A stretch of DNA of 63,491 nucleotides, counting the filler, from Craspedostauros australis (Eukaryota): NCBI GenBank assembly GCA_030167865.1. It is 11 parts of 11 records of this genome, joined end to end, with 100 filler letters (N's around TTAATTAATTAA, not from the genome) between each part and the next. Parts side by side here need not be neighbours in the genome. Positions count along the whole stretch, not along the records: positions 59,943 to 63,491 come from JALAGF010005581.1; 10 more parts are not named here. One strand, given 5' to 3'. Below are positions 61,578-63,491 of this stretch, in pieces; within the stretch, counting starts at the first letter, position 1; the number at the start of each line of letters is the position of its first letter. The translations under genes were made by a program, and so were the position numbers. The notes beneath the pieces are model-generated. The model made no database searches. It was not told the DNA's origin and saw only the letters and a list, made by a program, of their open reading frames with translations.

Positions 61578-63491
61578 TTGGTTGATGGTCTGTACATGTT
61601 ATAGACCCCTGATGCGTGTTGGTGTGCATATCCAATGAACACCATCTCTTCTCCTCTATTCTTGAGTTTGGCGGTGATCCCGCCGTAGGTAGTCTTCACA
61701 ACACCCACCTCTCCAAATGTACGGAGTGCATCCGCATATGGTGGATCGTTGGCGAAGAATTGTCGATGTGGTGACTCCTTTTGGTTCTTCGCTACGGTGA
61801 TGTTGGCGATGGCGGTGTCAGTGCTCGCAGCTGCTGCCCATAGGCCATGCCTATACTCTTCGTCGAGCTGTGCTCCGTTGAGCATGAAGCGGATCTTGGT
61901 GTAGAGGTACGCGAACTTGCGTTCTACTCTACCGTTCTGTTGCGGCGTGTTCGATGCCGTGAATTCGAATTTCACGTTGAGTCCTGCATCGATGAGAATG
62001 TCCTGCGTGGATTTGTTCTCTCCGCTGTTGTCACCTCTGAAGATGATCTGTTGGTCACCAGTCTGTGACTTGATCGTTTGGATGAATCGTTTGATGTATC
62101 CTGGTTGATCACTTTTGTTCTTGAGAAAGAAACTCCAGCAGTGATCCATGCAGTCGTCCACAATCAGGGTCCAGTAGCGTTTATCTCCAAAGCTTATGTG
62201 TTTAGTGTAACTAATGTCAATGAAGAGCCGTTCACTGCTGCGAGTTGCTCTCGGAATGGTTGCCTTCGGAATATTCTTCACTCTTGTATTCGCGACCGCG
62301 CAGTCGCGACATACCGGCATCTCGCCGATGATCTTCCATCCGTATTGGGCGGCTGTCCGCTTCATGGTCTTGAGTGGCGCGTGGCCGAGCATTCGATGCA
62401 AGTTCACCGCGCTGATCTCCTTCGATGGATTCTTGATGATGGCTGTGCAAGCCTTGTCGTCATCTGTTGGCATGATGGGATGCATCTGCACTCCCATAAT
62501 GAATCCGTTCGATGTGGGGAAAACTCGGTCGAATACGATCTTTGTTCCGGATCCGTTGATGATGTCCATCAGAATGCCGTTGTTACCAAGCTGGTAACCG
62601 TTGTACAGAGCCTTTTTCGTAGAGAAAAGGTTCACCGCCATTTTCGGTGTGTACTTCACATCGTCGAGCTGGATGATGTGGCCAGTGTTGTTTCGTTGCT
62701 TGACCTTCAAGCGAATGGATCCCATTTTGGGAGAGTCCAGCTTCGTGCTGTCTCCCACTTGGACGAAGGACTTGATTTGCTGCACGTTGAAGAGAGCAGC
62801 GTCTGAGTTGACGATGTGACACAAGGCTCCGCTGTCGGCGAGCCAGGTGTCCTTGTTGACCTTGTCTTTGTATCTGCTACTCAGCTCGTGGAGCTGCTCC
62901 ACGGCTGCTGCAGCTATCTCGTCGTCAAAGCTGCCGTCGTCGTCGTCGTCTTCGTGGACTCCGTCTTTGTTGTACGGATTGCGATGATCTCCATCATCCA
63001 TGTCGTCATCGCTTGGTAGTTCTGCGTAGTCCGATGGAACTGTGCTGTTCCGATGTGATCCTGTGGCTGGATCATAAGGGTTGACGCGTGGTCGTTCGCG
63101 TAAGAGTACGCGCATGCATCCTCCAAGGACGTAGTGTAGATCCAATTCTGAGAGTTGATCCTCTTCTGCTGCCTCCAATAGTCGGTTGAGGATGGCTGCG
63201 TTGGCGAGTATCTCTTCAATCGACTTGAAGTTGTTGGACAGGATGGTGCTCACCATGTTCACCCATATGTATTGCATTGGTTTGTTCACGAATCCTGGGA
63301 ACATTGGCAGTGCAGCTGTTAGAACCGCGTCGTAGATGAGCTGCTTCTGCATTCGTTTTGCAGTGACCGTTGGTTCCGGGAAGGTCTGGAGTCGGTAGAT
63401 GTCGTCGACTCTTCTGGGATTTGGTTCCGGTGGGAATTGGATTCGGATTGGGTAGACGACGTGTTCATAGGGATTGAACGTATCGTTTGGA
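61578..63491 (-). pseudogene. pol: Ty1/copia protease and integrase, interrupted by the LTR; frame open to the window end
   Basis: WLADSGA, HRMLGH..CRDC, FIDIS, GDNSGE and NGRVER motifs. Confidence 0.9.

Overview
This is repeat-rich eukaryotic DNA, probably from a diatom or another stramenopile; that is inferred from the Ty1/copia lineages, which resemble diatom CoDi elements. The window is not contiguous: ten artificial N-TTAATTAATTAA-N spacers join at least 11 separate scaffolds, and there are many internal gaps. Most of the content is nested, truncated or decayed Ty1/copia LTR retrotransposons of about three lineages, plus solo LTRs. Also present are a large DDD-type (Sola-like) DNA transposase with a decayed relative, a decayed tyrosine recombinase, several tandem arrays and one host gene fragment. 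The host gene encodes a fatty acyl-AMP ligase, a carrier domain and a membrane-bound Pls-like terminal region. The best leads are: (1) a probable programmed UGA-CAA-UCA stop-codon readthrough with an RNA stem at a copia gag-pol junction; (2) the FAAL-ACP-Pls-like single-module synthetase; (3) a copia pol that reads on past RNase H towards an SH3/KOW/Tudor-like ORF; (4) tandem arrays amplified in place inside TE reading frames; (5) transmembrane-like segments in a copia gag-protease spacer. All calls come from reading motifs by eye; no database searches were run.
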